Virus record (IMG/VR): IMGVR_UViG_3300045988_147485
From: a virus
Reading direction: 5' to 3' (one strand)
Length of the DNA stretch: 53,334 bases
Shown: positions 8,591 to 17,510 of the stretch, in pieces
Numbering within the stretch: the first letter of the stretch is position 1
Layout: each line of letters starts with the position of its first letter
Position numbers and translations under genes: made by a program
The notes under the pieces: generated by a model
Database searches by the model: none
What the model saw: the letters and a program-made list of their open reading frames with translations, nothing else
What the model was told of the DNA's origin: nothing

Positions 8591-9799
8591 TTACACTTCT
8601 TTTCTTGTGTAATAGGTTTTAGATCCAGTCACACTTTCATCCGATGTGAGTACATAATCGTTTCCGCTCTTTTCGTACCATCCCTGCTCTTTAGGATTTC
8701 CAGATGCGTCACTTACGGCCTCGTAAGTGTATTTTGTAGACACCTTGATAACAAAGGTGGAATCCATATTTTCATATGATGGCAAAACGATTTCAGATGC
8801 AGTCACGGATGTAACTGCCGGTGGTCCGTACTCCACTTTCTTTGCGATTGCAATTCCAACGCCATACATAGACACATCAACATCCGCTACCTGTGAAGCA
8901 GTTCTCTCCTCTGGCGTAGTTCCAAACCAAGTCTTGCCAAGGGCACCAGCAGGAAGAAGAGTAACTTTATTGTCCGGATAAAAATACTGATCGTTTTTGT
9001 CTTCATCCATGTACATCTTGTCGTACAACACGATAGAAAGTTTTGTTCTTGATCTTACAATGGAAACAACATTCTCTTCTGTCATTTCAATGTTGGCTGT
9101 CAAATTCTGTGCCAGAATTGCGTTCTTAACCTGCTTATTGTTCAAGAGATACTCAAATGTGTTTGAGTTCATCAGAACATAACTGGCAATTTTCCCAAGT
9201 TTTGCAAGTGCTTTTCTGGCGTTGTTGAGATCTGTCAGCGGTTTTGAGTTTTCCGTGTCGCTCCAATCCGATGTACCCTCTAATTTTAAGTAATGCTTTG
9301 CAGCATACTCTCCGTTAGGGTCGTAATCATATTCGTATTTAACGCCATCAGATTCGATTCCAATGGATGGATGGCCCTCCGTTGTTGCCAAAAGAGACAT
9401 TCTCATTCTCTCCGGAACTACTTCCGCTCCGCTCAAAAGTGCATTTGTATCATCATAAACGCTCTGCAATGCACTTTTAAGGTATGGATCGTTTTCATCA
9501 TCGGCTCTTCCGATCTCCTGCTCATCTTCCTCTGTGATCTGCATTGTTTCTCTAAAAAATGCCATCTGCGTTTTTTCGATTTTTACACCTTCTCTGGTTC
9601 TCAATGCAGGCAAAGCGTCAAAATTTGATGCTTTCAAAGTAACCGGAAGTCCTTTGTGTGTTTTGATCCATTTAAGATCAAGGCCTGCTTTTTTCATTTC
9701 CGGAAAAAACTGCAAACCAAGATATGGAATTGCGTTACTTGCATCGTTGGTTGCCGCAAGGGCAATAGCAGATGTATTTACAACTTCGCTTGTTAACAT
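8591..9799 (-). CDS. Major capsid protein (lambda gpE-like capsid family suspected)
   Basis: Start MLTSEVV preceded by AAAGGAGGA. 402 aa, preceded by scaffold and decoration genes. N-terminal LGLQFFPE...LKASNFDALPALRTREG pattern. Confidence 0.8.
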   Translation of the reverse strand: MLTSEVVNTSAIALAATNDASNAIPYLGLQFFPEMKKAGLDLKWIKTHKGLPVTLKASNFDALPALRTREGVKIEKTQMAFFRETMQITEEDEQEIGRADDENDPYLKSALQSVYDDTNALLSGAEVVPERMRMSLLATTEGHPSIGIESDGVKYEYDYDPNGEYAAKHYLKLEGTSDWSDTENSKPLTDLNNARKALAKLGKIASYVLMNSNTFEYLLNNKQVKNAILAQNLTANIEMTEENVVSIVRSRTKLSIVLYDKMYMDEDKNDQYFYPDNKVTLLPAGALGKTWFGTTPEERTASQVADVDVSMYGVGIAIAKKVEYGPPAVTSVTASEIVLPSYENMDSTFVIKVSTKYTYEAVSDASGNPKEQGWYEKSGNDYVLTSDESVTGSKTYYTRKEV

Positions 9800-9815
9800 T
9801 TTTTGTCCTCCTTTT

Positions 9816-10151
9816 TCACTCAAAAACAATCATTGGCAAAGCAGTTTTTACCGCCGTATCAATTGTTACACCGGAATGTTCTTTTGCCACTTTTTCGTTG
9901 ATGTATGCTTTTTTCAACAATGTTGCCTGCGGCCGGTCTTCTGTCACATCGTGTAACAAAATACCAACAACCGTTGCTGTATTGTCTTTTACGCCAGTTT
10001 TACCAATAGGTGTTCCGGCTTTTACAACTTTTTTCCCATTTGCCAGTTTTTCCTGGACGCTGGTAAAGTCCAAGGTCATCGGGATTCCCTCAAACGGTTT
10101 TCTGCTAAGGATCAATACATCCCCTGCATAGTTTGTCTGTTCAAACTGCAT
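9816..10151 (-). CDS. Putative head decoration / capsid accessory protein
   Basis: 111-aa ORF between scaffold and major capsid, the same order and size as lambda D relative to E. Confidence 0.5.
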   Translation of the reverse strand: MQFEQTNYAGDVLILSRKPFEGIPMTLDFTSVQEKLANGKKVVKAGTPIGKTGVKDNTATVVGILLHDVTEDRPQATLLKKAYINEKVAKEHSGVTIDTAVKTALPMIVFE

Positions 10152-10152
10152 C

Positions 10153-10728
10153 TTAATTACCTCCTAAATAATTTGAAATAATATCGTTGTTTTCTTTTTT
10201 GTCTGCCGGATAAAGACTCTCTACGATCTTTTCAGCCGTTGTCTTCTGATCTCCAGCAGTTTCAGTGCTACCACCTGGGTTTGGTGTTTTTTCTAATGCC
10301 TGTTTTTCATACTCGGCTACAGCATTTTTTTTGCTGTCAGAAAAGATCTGGCCTAAAACTTCGTAATCAGTCATTCCTTCATCTGTCACAACCTTGCTCG
10401 CCTGTTCTGCTGTAATGCCAAACTTTTCCATGGCTGTTGCTCTCTGGGTTCTAACTGCATCTCTCTTTTCGAGTTCTGCAATTTTCTGATTGGCTTTTTC
10501 CAGTTCTTTTGCGGCTTTTTCTGTTTCTGATAAATTCTGGCTATTTAATTCGTCAAGCTGCGACTGCAATTCATCAGCCTTTTCAGCTTTTTCTTTGTAG
10601 CCTTTTGCTTTCTCTCTTTCGCCTTTTAAGGCTTCGTTGATTGAGTTCAGATAATCAGAAATCTGGCCATCTGTCGGCTCCTCAACTCCTAAAGAAATAA
10701 GTTTCTGTTTTGCTTGTTCTCTGGTCAT
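10153..10728 (-). CDS. Capsid scaffolding protein
   Basis: 191 aa, highly charged coiled coil (KAEKADELQSQLDELNSQ..., KANQKIAELEKRD), directly after the portal. Confidence 0.7.
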   Translation of the reverse strand: MTREQAKQKLISLGVEEPTDGQISDYLNSINEALKGEREKAKGYKEKAEKADELQSQLDELNSQNLSETEKAAKELEKANQKIAELEKRDAVRTQRATAMEKFGITAEQASKVVTDEGMTDYEVLGQIFSDSKKNAVAEYEKQALEKTPNPGGSTETAGDQKTTAEKIVESLYPADKKENNDIISNYLGGN

Positions 10729-10809
10729 AATCTTTCCTCCATCAATTCACGATTTTTAACGCGGTTTGCTCCGCTTGAATTGTTTCTTCTGTTTTACGCA
10801 CAGATGCAT

Positions 10810-10849
10810 TTTTATAAAATAAAAGAGACAGTTTATTCAACCGTCTCTT
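10810..10849 (-). terminator. Hairpin plus U-rich tract at the end of the portal gene
   Basis: AAGAGACGG-loop containing the portal stop codon-CTGTCTCTT, followed by TTATTTTATAAAAA on the minus strand. Confidence 0.4.
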
Positions 10850-12260
10850 TATTTGCTTGGTCATTGCCATTCGCATATGTTTCCTGGATCCTTATCATCA
10901 TATCAATACTTTCTTTTGATACAAACTCCGGATCTCCAAACATATCAACCGTTTTGACCGCAATTTTAGGGTCAATTCCAATCCGTATTAAAATTTCAAG
11001 TGCTTCTGCCTTTGTAAGCAGATTGTCAAGTTTATTGTGGTTGATATGTATTTCAATATCACTCGGCATAAGCGTAAACTCTTTGCTAATCCTTAGCCGG
11101 TTAAGAATAATCTTTAATGACATTCTTTCAGACTTTTTAAGAATTGGCTCGTTAATTGCCGTTCTTAATCCGGCGTCATAATGGCCGTTTCTAAGGTTTA
11201 CAGCACCGGCAGTATCTCCACCGGCGTTGTTGTTTGATCTATTAGCCAAGCCCTGTATACTCAAAAACCTTTCAAACAGATCATCAAACACAACCTGTCC
11301 CTCTGTCTGATTAAGTTCGTTTGACATTACATCAACATCAGCCTTGTTTTCAGATCCGTTATTTGATTTGACAACTAACGCTCCCATCAATGCCATTTTC
11401 CGGAAATTTTCCTCATCTATTTCGCAATTTACAAACTTAATCCAGGAAGAAACAAATTGTTCTATACCGTTTATGCGGTCAGAACTAAGTGTATTAAGCG
11501 CATCAGTAATCGGGATCGTGATCTCAATATCTGAAATTCTTCTCGCATTGTTTGGGTATTCAACTACCGGGATTGCTCCATTTCCGTTTACGCCATTTGA
11601 CTGGATAGAATGATCTCTTATTAAAAACCATTCTCCTTTTGTATAGCAGAAATAAATTTCTTTCCCATCTTCATCCTCCCTTATCTGGCAAGAAAAAGCC
11701 GGTCTGCCGTTTGAGTAGTAAACGACAAATGTATATCTTGGGTCTTCAGAAGACAAGAAAAAATCACTCTCGTCTAACAATTCTCCATTAGATTCATCAT
11801 TTCCAATAAATCTGTATGCCGTTCCACAAATGCTTCTCCATCTGCAAATCTCAATATCAACCTCTTGCTTGCTTTCTGAATCCATCGTTACATTTAATTG
11901 AGTGATTTCCTCTGATTTCTTTTCATCAGTTCCTCTCAATACATATTGGATGGGTTCAGCGCATATGTCCGCTGTTTTTCTTTCCACAAGTTCATATGCC
12001 AGATTCACAACAATTTTGTTGTTTACATCCGGCCTGTTTTGCTTGGTTCTGTACAAAATAGGTTGATCTCCCCGGTAGTATCTATCAAGGTATTCTATTT
12101 CTACAGCATTTTGTCTATGAAAAGTAAGTGCTTTGTCTAATTCCTCAATAATGTTCCCGGCACTTATCTGGTTTTTTCTTGTAATAATTTTCTTTCTTCC
12201 AAAATTACACCCATTGACGGCCGTAAACGGTCTTATGTTTTTCCCATAATACCTAAACAT
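10833..12260 (-). CDS. Portal protein (SPP1 gp6-like)
   Basis: 475 aa. YLDRYYRGDQPILYR motif near the N-terminus is typical of SPP1-type portals. AAGGAG RBS, and located downstream of terL. Confidence 0.85.
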   Translation of the reverse strand: MFRYYGKNIRPFTAVNGCNFGRKKIITRKNQISAGNIIEELDKALTFHRQNAVEIEYLDRYYRGDQPILYRTKQNRPDVNNKIVVNLAYELVERKTADICAEPIQYVLRGTDEKKSEEITQLNVTMDSESKQEVDIEICRWRSICGTAYRFIGNDESNGELLDESDFFLSSEDPRYTFVVYYSNGRPAFSCQIREDEDGKEIYFCYTKGEWFLIRDHSIQSNGVNGNGAIPVVEYPNNARRISDIEITIPITDALNTLSSDRINGIEQFVSSWIKFVNCEIDEENFRKMALMGALVVKSNNGSENKADVDVMSNELNQTEGQVVFDDLFERFLSIQGLANRSNNNAGGDTAGAVNLRNGHYDAGLRTAINEPILKKSERMSLKIILNRLRISKEFTLMPSDIEIHINHNKLDNLLTKAEALEILIRIGIDPKIAVKTVDMFGDPEFVSKESIDMMIRIQETYANGNDQANKETVE

Positions 12261-12276
12261 AAACTACACTCCTTAC

Positions 12277-12468
12277 TTAACAAAACGACATACCGCTCGA
12301 GGTCGTTCGGTTTGACCTTCTTTTGCTTACTGTCTCTCCAGTATCTGTCAGATACACAATTTGTCTTTTGCACTTGCGGCAAATGGAATATACATTTGAT
12401 TTTGTTATTCCGTCGTATTCTGCTACTTTTCTTCCGCAATCTGGACAATATATTGTTTTTTTACTCAT
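12277..12468 (-). CDS. Small zinc-ribbon protein
   Basis: CPDCGRK...ICRKCKRQ, two CxxC pairs, basic C-terminus, 63 aa. Confidence 0.5.
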   Translation of the reverse strand: MSKKTIYCPDCGRKVAEYDGITKSNVYSICRKCKRQIVYLTDTGETVSKRRSNRTTSSGMSFC

Positions 12469-12485
12469 TTTTCTCCTTTTTTTGC

Positions 12486-12516
12486 ATAGAAAAAGGAGCG
12501 CAAAATTGCGCTCCTT
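12486..12516 (-). terminator. Rho-independent terminator inside the late operon
   Basis: GGAGCGC-AATTTT-GCGCTCC followed by TTTTTCT on the minus strand. Confidence 0.6.
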
Positions 12517-12570
12517 TCACGAATAATACACCACGGTTTGTTGTATTATATGATAACTGGCATTTTAATA

Positions 12571-13032
12571 TTACAATATCTTTTCCGAACATATCGAACA
12601 ACTTTCCATAAAACGGTTAAAAATCATCCGGACGCTGTTTTCTGTATTTCCTCCGCCGATTGCATCCGCTACTTCATTCCATGACTTACTCTCCAAAAAT
12701 CTTAAATTGATAATTCTTCTTACTCTGCTATCATCGACGGACGCTATAAACTTTTCAACATCATTTGTTTTTTCTACCAGATCAATTTCCAGCAACTCCA
12801 GCGTTGCTTTTCTGGCATACAACAATGTTTTTTTTCTGCTGTATTCCGGTACCGGTATTCCCTCTACCTTAAAATGCTGTGTACCGCCATATCCCCCGGT
12901 AACAGTATCTCTTACCGTTTCTCCATCTTCTATTTTTTTTATATCAGATTCCAGTTTCTTAATTTTGTTTCGCACCTCACCCATTTCTTTTCTTAGGTCT
13001 ACATACTGCGATAAAACATTTTTTGTTACCAT
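12571..13032 (-). CDS. Sigma-70 region-4-like HTH protein (ArpU/DUF1492-like late regulator candidate)
   Basis: C-terminal RRIINLRFLESKSWNEVADAIGGGNTENSVRMIFNRF resembles a sigma region 4 HTH. N-terminal coiled coil. Confidence 0.45.
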   Translation of the reverse strand: MVTKNVLSQYVDLRKEMGEVRNKIKKLESDIKKIEDGETVRDTVTGGYGGTQHFKVEGIPVPEYSRKKTLLYARKATLELLEIDLVEKTNDVEKFIASVDDSRVRRIINLRFLESKSWNEVADAIGGGNTENSVRMIFNRFMESCSICSEKIL

Positions 13033-14768
13033 ATTCCACCATACCCCCTAAACGGATTAATTACTGCCTCTGCCTTTGATACATTTTTCTTTTTCTGCAT
13101 CCTTATTGCAAAGTTTGAAAAAACATCCGGGACATCATCTAATTGCTTTTTCCCGGAAACAGAATATCGTTTCAATAGACCCATCATTACGCCGTAAGGT
13201 TCTTTCGGACTGTACTTCGAGGAGTCTTTGAAAATAACATGCTGTAATATCCAGCTTGAACACTGGAATATTCTTGCTTCTTTATTTGTTTCTGTCGGGG
13301 TATCTGTTATATTGCAAATCCACCCAGCAGATTCAACTCTTTTATTTACCTCCATAGCAACACGGTCTCCTCCTGCGTTTCGTTCAAATTCGCATTCTTG
13401 GACTTTGTTGTTTACTAAAACGAACGAAGCGTTTCTGTACTGTTCTTCGTAGTCAGAAGTATTGCTGCACACACAATCAACGCAATAATAATCTTCTCCA
13501 TATTTCTGCAATATCGGCATAACAAAGTAGTCTGTTCCTTTTCCCTTTGTGTCGCACTGCCCTGTAATGATTTCTGGCTCTCCGTGCGGAAGATTCAAAT
13601 ATCTTCGTATTTTGTCTTCTGGGAAGAGCAAGCCTTCTCTTTCGATAGGGTCCTGTTTGTAAAGACACCTATAAGAGATTTCATCCATAAGTCTTTGCTG
13701 ATCTTCAAAAAACTTTTCAGTAAATCCTCCGAACTCATAGTTGTAGTTACTTTTCCCTGTTTTCGGATCAATGTCCGGAACTGCTATTACTTTTACCCTT
13801 TTTTCCCCGGCATACTCATCTTGTATCCGTCCGATTACATCCTTTACGCTCCATCTTGTTGCTATGTGTATTTCCTTGCATGGTTTTTGGTCTATATCAA
13901 CAGTTTTCCTTTGCCTTGCATCAATAGAATATTTCCCCCACAGTTTTTCTAGTATCGTTGGATTTAAGGCTTGCTCAATTCCACCTATCATGTCATCTAC
14001 AAGTAAAAACTTTGAAGCACGAACTTTTCCGGCATTGCTACTTCCAACTGATGTACATTGCAAGGATGGAAAAGGCTTGTATTTCCCAACATTAAACTGC
14101 TCTAATTTTGCATTTGTACCCGTTATTTTTAATTTGGGGAAAATTTCATGCCATGTGTATTCTTCTTTGTTTGCTACTATGTCATAAACGCCGTCATAAT
14201 ACATTCTCGTAATATCTCCGCTGTGAGAGTAAAACAAAGTATAATCTTTTGGATACCAGCCTATTATTGCCGAATTAAAAAACTTCTCAATCGTTGTTTT
14301 TCCAAAGCCAGGAACCCCGGAAATACATAATATATCGTATTTATCATCAATCATTCCTTGTAATGCATCAATAAGTCCCATTTTTTCAAAGCATTTCTTT
14401 TTAGGCATATAAAACCTTTCCTGCGGCTCCCTGTTCTTCTCGATATATTGCATATAACTGTCAAATATTTTTCTTCTTGCTTCGATCAGCACAGGCTCAT
14501 AATACAAATCAATAAGTTGGTACCTTGTATTGTGCGCAAAAGCATACTTTTCCAGATCCCATATTGTACCGCCTGTTTTTTGCTTGCAAAAAGACTGGAT
14601 TATTTCTTTTGCCCTTTTTGTGATTTTAAGGACTTTATCTTCCTCTTTCATTTGATCCGCAACATTACAGGCCTGCACATATGCCCTCATTACTGTCTCG
14701 TCGATGCCATTTTTTGCTATGTAGTTTTCATATCCTTGGATTTTTTCTTTTAGACCATCAGATTTCAA
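13026..14768 (-). CDS. terL: Terminase large subunit
   Basis: Walker A GVPGFGKTT, Walker B FLLVDDM, 580 aa, upstream of the portal. Start is TTG at 14768 with AGGTG 7 nt upstream. Confidence 0.85.
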   Translation of the reverse strand: MKSDGLKEKIQGYENYIAKNGIDETVMRAYVQACNVADQMKEEDKVLKITKRAKEIIQSFCKQKTGGTIWDLEKYAFAHNTRYQLIDLYYEPVLIEARRKIFDSYMQYIEKNREPQERFYMPKKKCFEKMGLIDALQGMIDDKYDILCISGVPGFGKTTIEKFFNSAIIGWYPKDYTLFYSHSGDITRMYYDGVYDIVANKEEYTWHEIFPKLKITGTNAKLEQFNVGKYKPFPSLQCTSVGSSNAGKVRASKFLLVDDMIGGIEQALNPTILEKLWGKYSIDARQRKTVDIDQKPCKEIHIATRWSVKDVIGRIQDEYAGEKRVKVIAVPDIDPKTGKSNYNYEFGGFTEKFFEDQQRLMDEISYRCLYKQDPIEREGLLFPEDKIRRYLNLPHGEPEIITGQCDTKGKGTDYFVMPILQKYGEDYYCVDCVCSNTSDYEEQYRNASFVLVNNKVQECEFERNAGGDRVAMEVNKRVESAGWICNITDTPTETNKEARIFQCSSWILQHVIFKDSSKYSPKEPYGVMMGLLKRYSVSGKKQLDDVPDVFSNFAIRMQKKKNVSKAEAVINPFRGYGGIW

Positions 14769-14801
14769 AAAAAAGCACCTCGCTTAAAAGCAAAGGTGCT
14801 T
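14767..14801 (-). terminator. Terminator-like hairpin abutting the terL start
   Basis: AAGCACCT-13 nt-AGGTGCTT then T8 on the minus strand. The 3' arm contains the terL RBS, and the U tract runs into the TTG start codon. Confidence 0.5.
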
Positions 14802-14878
14802 GATAAAAGACCTCTGCCTATAATTTTTTTAGGTTAGCGGCTAACTCCATTTGTTAGTCGGTCTTGATATAATTCAAT

Positions 14879-15199
14879 TCATTCCGCAGGTTTTCTACCG
14901 CAGATAAAACATCTCTCTCCTCTAGCAGCATCCTCTAATGTTGAACAATCGATAGAAATTCCGCATTTTGTCGGTTCCAAATCGCATAATGGATTCGATT
15001 GCGTGCATATATCAGATTTTTCTATCGGCGGATTTCTATACACTGATTCAAAAGTTACTTGATATGCGCTATTCATTTCAGCAATACCATCTTTTACCTG
15101 GTATTTTTTAATAATAAATTCGCAATTCTCGTCCGAACATTTTTTGCACAAACGATAAAAATATTTAATGTTCTTGATAAAAGTAATAAGCGTTTTCAA
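14879..15199 (-). CDS. Hypothetical Cys-rich protein
   Basis: 106-aa ORF with several Cys pairs (CKKCSDENC, CFICGRK). No recognisable family. Confidence 0.4.
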   Translation of the reverse strand: MKTLITFIKNIKYFYRLCKKCSDENCEFIIKKYQVKDGIAEMNSAYQVTFESVYRNPPIEKSDICTQSNPLCDLEPTKCGISIDCSTLEDAARGERCFICGRKPAE

Positions 15200-15230
15200 T
15201 TTCTTAATCTCTCTTTCTTTTGAAACTTAA

Positions 15231-15291
15231 CACTGCTGGCAGGAATCGAACCTGCGCCGCTGATCTGCTCTTCCAATTAAGCTACAGCAGT
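15231..15291 (-). tRNA. tRNA-like element lacking an anticodon arm (pseudo-tRNA / mini-tRNA)
   Basis: Minus strand: ACTGCTG TA GCTT-AATTGGAA-GAGC A GATCAGCGGC GCAGG-TTCGATT-CCTGC CAGCAGT G. It has a perfect 7-bp acceptor stem, a canonical D arm (A14, G18G19, A21) and a T arm (TTCGATT). Only about 10 nt sit where the 17-nt anticodon arm and variable loop should be. No CCA is encoded. Confidence 0.5.
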
Positions 15292-15295
15292 ACCG

Positions 15296-15590
15296 AAATA
15301 AACTATTTGAAGTATTAGAGGTTTGGGTAATGACGAACCCAAAACCGGCCGGGCGGTGTGACCCGCCACTTTGCGCCGTTGCGCTTGCCGGTATTTACAA
15401 ACTCATATTGGAGTTAACATGTGTATGCCACATTCAGTGGCAAAACCCGACAAGGCGTCTTGCACGCCTTTTAACAGAAACTCCTATCGGGTTTGGACGA
15501 TAAATGTATATGACATTTACGCACCTTATTACCGGTTTTATTCGGTGCTGCCACATTGTGAAAGGAACGGTTCCGATATGGCATCCATTT
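15296..15590 (-). ncRNA. GC-rich structured noncoding stretch (candidate ncRNA, class unknown)
   Basis: Nested perfect helices in an AT-rich genome: GGTTTGGGT/ACCCAAACC; CCGGC...GCCGG enclosing GGCGG/CCGCC and GCGC/GCGC; TGCCAC/GTGGCA; AAGGCGT/ACGCCTT; AAACCCGA/TCGGGTTT. No credible ORF on the gene strand. Confidence 0.3.
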
Positions 15591-15591
15591 G

Positions 15592-15846
15592 TCATTTTAT
15601 ATCTAATCCGTTTTTTATTTCCTCTACAGACTGCAAAATGCTATCTGTCAGTTCTTTTACCAATTCCGTATCAATTACCGTACCGCTGACGATGGATGAT
15701 ATTACTTCGCTCTCTATCTCCCCTGCACAAGCACATAACATCATTGACCCAATAACGATTTTATTATCTTTGTTAGTCATATCAACTCTACAGTCGTTCA
15801 TATTCTCCATTTTCCAATATCTCCTTAAATCAATTTCAACAGCCAT
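15592..15846 (-). CDS. Hypothetical small acidic protein
   Basis: 84-aa ORF on the dominant strand. No motif recognised. Confidence 0.35.
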   Translation of the reverse strand: MAVEIDLRRYWKMENMNDCRVDMTNKDNKIVIGSMMLCACAGEIESEVISSIVSGTVIDTELVKELTDSILQSVEEIKNGLDIK

Positions 15847-16143
15847 ACAAGAAACCGTTTCCTTTTCTTGGCTATATAATATCCCCGGAATAAATGCTTT
15901 ATTACTATATCCCCTCTATGCATTTTTAATAATAGTAGTTCTCTACTGGTTACTCTTAACATTCAACTTCTCCTTTTTGTTTTTGGCGGATATTTTGTGG
16001 ACTTAGTTGTCCGGTGTGCTCCTCCGCTATAGGAGGGGGAGGGGGTGCGCCCAACGCCCAGAAGATCAGATACAGCAAGGATCAAATGCTATTTTGTTTC
16101 GCTCTCTTGGACAAACTCCGGTTTGTCAAATAGAGTCATTACT

Positions 16144-16824
16144 CTATGTTGTGTTTGGTAGTTGTTCAATAACTATATCTTGTGGCCCAGCCTCTATCTT
16201 TGGCGTTTGGGCGTCCAATGTTGGCAGATCCGACACAGTTTTAGGCGCTGCCATGATCTCTTTTGACACTCCAGGCAGATTCCAACTGTAGTGATGGTTG
16301 AGGATTGCCAGAATGCCAACGGCGTTCCTTCCGGCTGTCGGGAGTTTAGCGCTAAGAGATTCCTCGCGGAAAGCCCTTAATTTTTGGGATAAATTGAATC
16401 CCTCGCTGCTAAGTGCCCCGCCTGTTCCCCACTTAATAACCGTAGTATAATCTACGCCAGTTATTAAGCTAAACCCTATAGGGTTACATTCCTTATCATT
16501 TTTCATGCACATATAAAAATATTTATTTAATATTATATTTAATTTATTAAAATCATATGCATTACAAGTTGACTGCATAATCATATTGCCCTTGTTTTTT
16601 TTAGTACTCTTTAATATTTTTTTATCTTTCCCAAAGGTGTTATTATATATATACATTAGTGCAGCGTTCCAGCGGCTTTGTGGCTCTGCGGCCATGTCCT
16701 CGATAGGTGGCCGGCACTCGCTGGCGCAGAACTCATCAAGCCAGAATTCCAGTTCATCCAGATACGATTCAAACGCTCCCACCACTTCCGGGGCGCCGTC
16801 CTGTACACTTGATACACTAGCCAT
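16144..16824 (-). CDS. terS: Terminase small subunit (candidate)
   Basis: AGGAGGTG RBS. HTH-like GFSLITGVDYTTVIKWG and C-terminal GRNAVGILAILNHHYSWN resemble the Terminase_2 motif (GAIFlLKN..G). It heads the late gene block. Confidence 0.55.
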   Translation of the reverse strand: MASVSSVQDGAPEVVGAFESYLDELEFWLDEFCASECRPPIEDMAAEPQSRWNAALMYIYNNTFGKDKKILKSTKKNKGNMIMQSTCNAYDFNKLNIILNKYFYMCMKNDKECNPIGFSLITGVDYTTVIKWGTGGALSSEGFNLSQKLRAFREESLSAKLPTAGRNAVGILAILNHHYSWNLPGVSKEIMAAPKTVSDLPTLDAQTPKIEAGPQDIVIEQLPNTT

Positions 16825-17253
16825 ATATACACACCTCCTAACTTTTTTTGATAAAATATATTATAAAGCAAAAAAGCCAAGCAAAAGAACAAAACAAAAC
16901 GAAAAGAAAAACACCGCGCCGGCCGTTGGCGTTGCGTTTTTTTGAGTTATAAAAAATCTCTTCCAGACGGTCAACCTGTTCCCGTCTGCCTTTCGTCTTG
17001 CTGGCTCCGGGTATATCCCGGGGCCTTTCCTTTTGCTTGACTTTTCAAATCCGTCAAACTAATCTTTTAATCTATGCCTATAGCATACAGGATTTATTTT
17101 TTTCTGTCAAGTATTATTTAGTAAAGATATATACACCCTTTTAGTAGCCTTAGTTATTTTATTATAATATATTAGATTATAAATCTATTATAACTAACTA
17201 TGATTACTTTAATAAAATATTATATATATATCAGTATCAGATGTATACCTACC

Positions 17254-17290
17254 GTATGCATAGGGTATATATAGGGTATGCATACCCTAT
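17254..17290. repeat. Palindrome/direct-repeat cluster in a very AT-rich intergenic region
   Basis: ATAGGGTATGCATACCCTAT (17271-17290) is a perfect 20-bp palindrome. GTATGCATAGGGTATA precedes it directly (17254-17269). Confidence 0.7.
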
Positions 17291-17510
17291 CAAAAAACAG
17301 CAAAAAAATAGCCAAGGTGTTTAGCCCTGGCTATTGATCTTTTTTAATATAAATCCTGCGCTACATATTCCCCCGCAGGATCTCAGCGCATACATGGTAT
17401 GCGCTCGGCATATCCAGCCACTTGTTAGCCCGCTTGTATGCGGTCAACAAGTCTGGTTCTGCTTTTTCTGGAAAGTCTGCCCGTCATGCCGATAGCCCAG
17501 CCTGCATTAT

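Noticed and set aside
12233-12448. 71-aa minus-strand ORF overlapping the zinc-ribbon gene
   Set aside because: It is an alternative frame of 12277-12468 and runs across the portal RBS and start. The zinc-ribbon frame has the recognisable CxxC motifs.
15231-15600. Possibility that the tRNA-like element plus upstream helices form a tmRNA
   Set aside because: In tmRNA the 5' and 3' acceptor strands are separated by the tag ORF and pseudoknots. Here both acceptor strands flank only D and T arms within 61 nt. I found no resume codon or ...ALAA-type tag frame.
15371-16006. 211-aa plus-strand ORF across the terS-terL gap
   Set aside because: It has a non-ATG start, no RBS, hydrophobic low-complexity composition and the opposite orientation to all neighbours. 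The region is better explained by structured RNA and small minus-strand ORFs.
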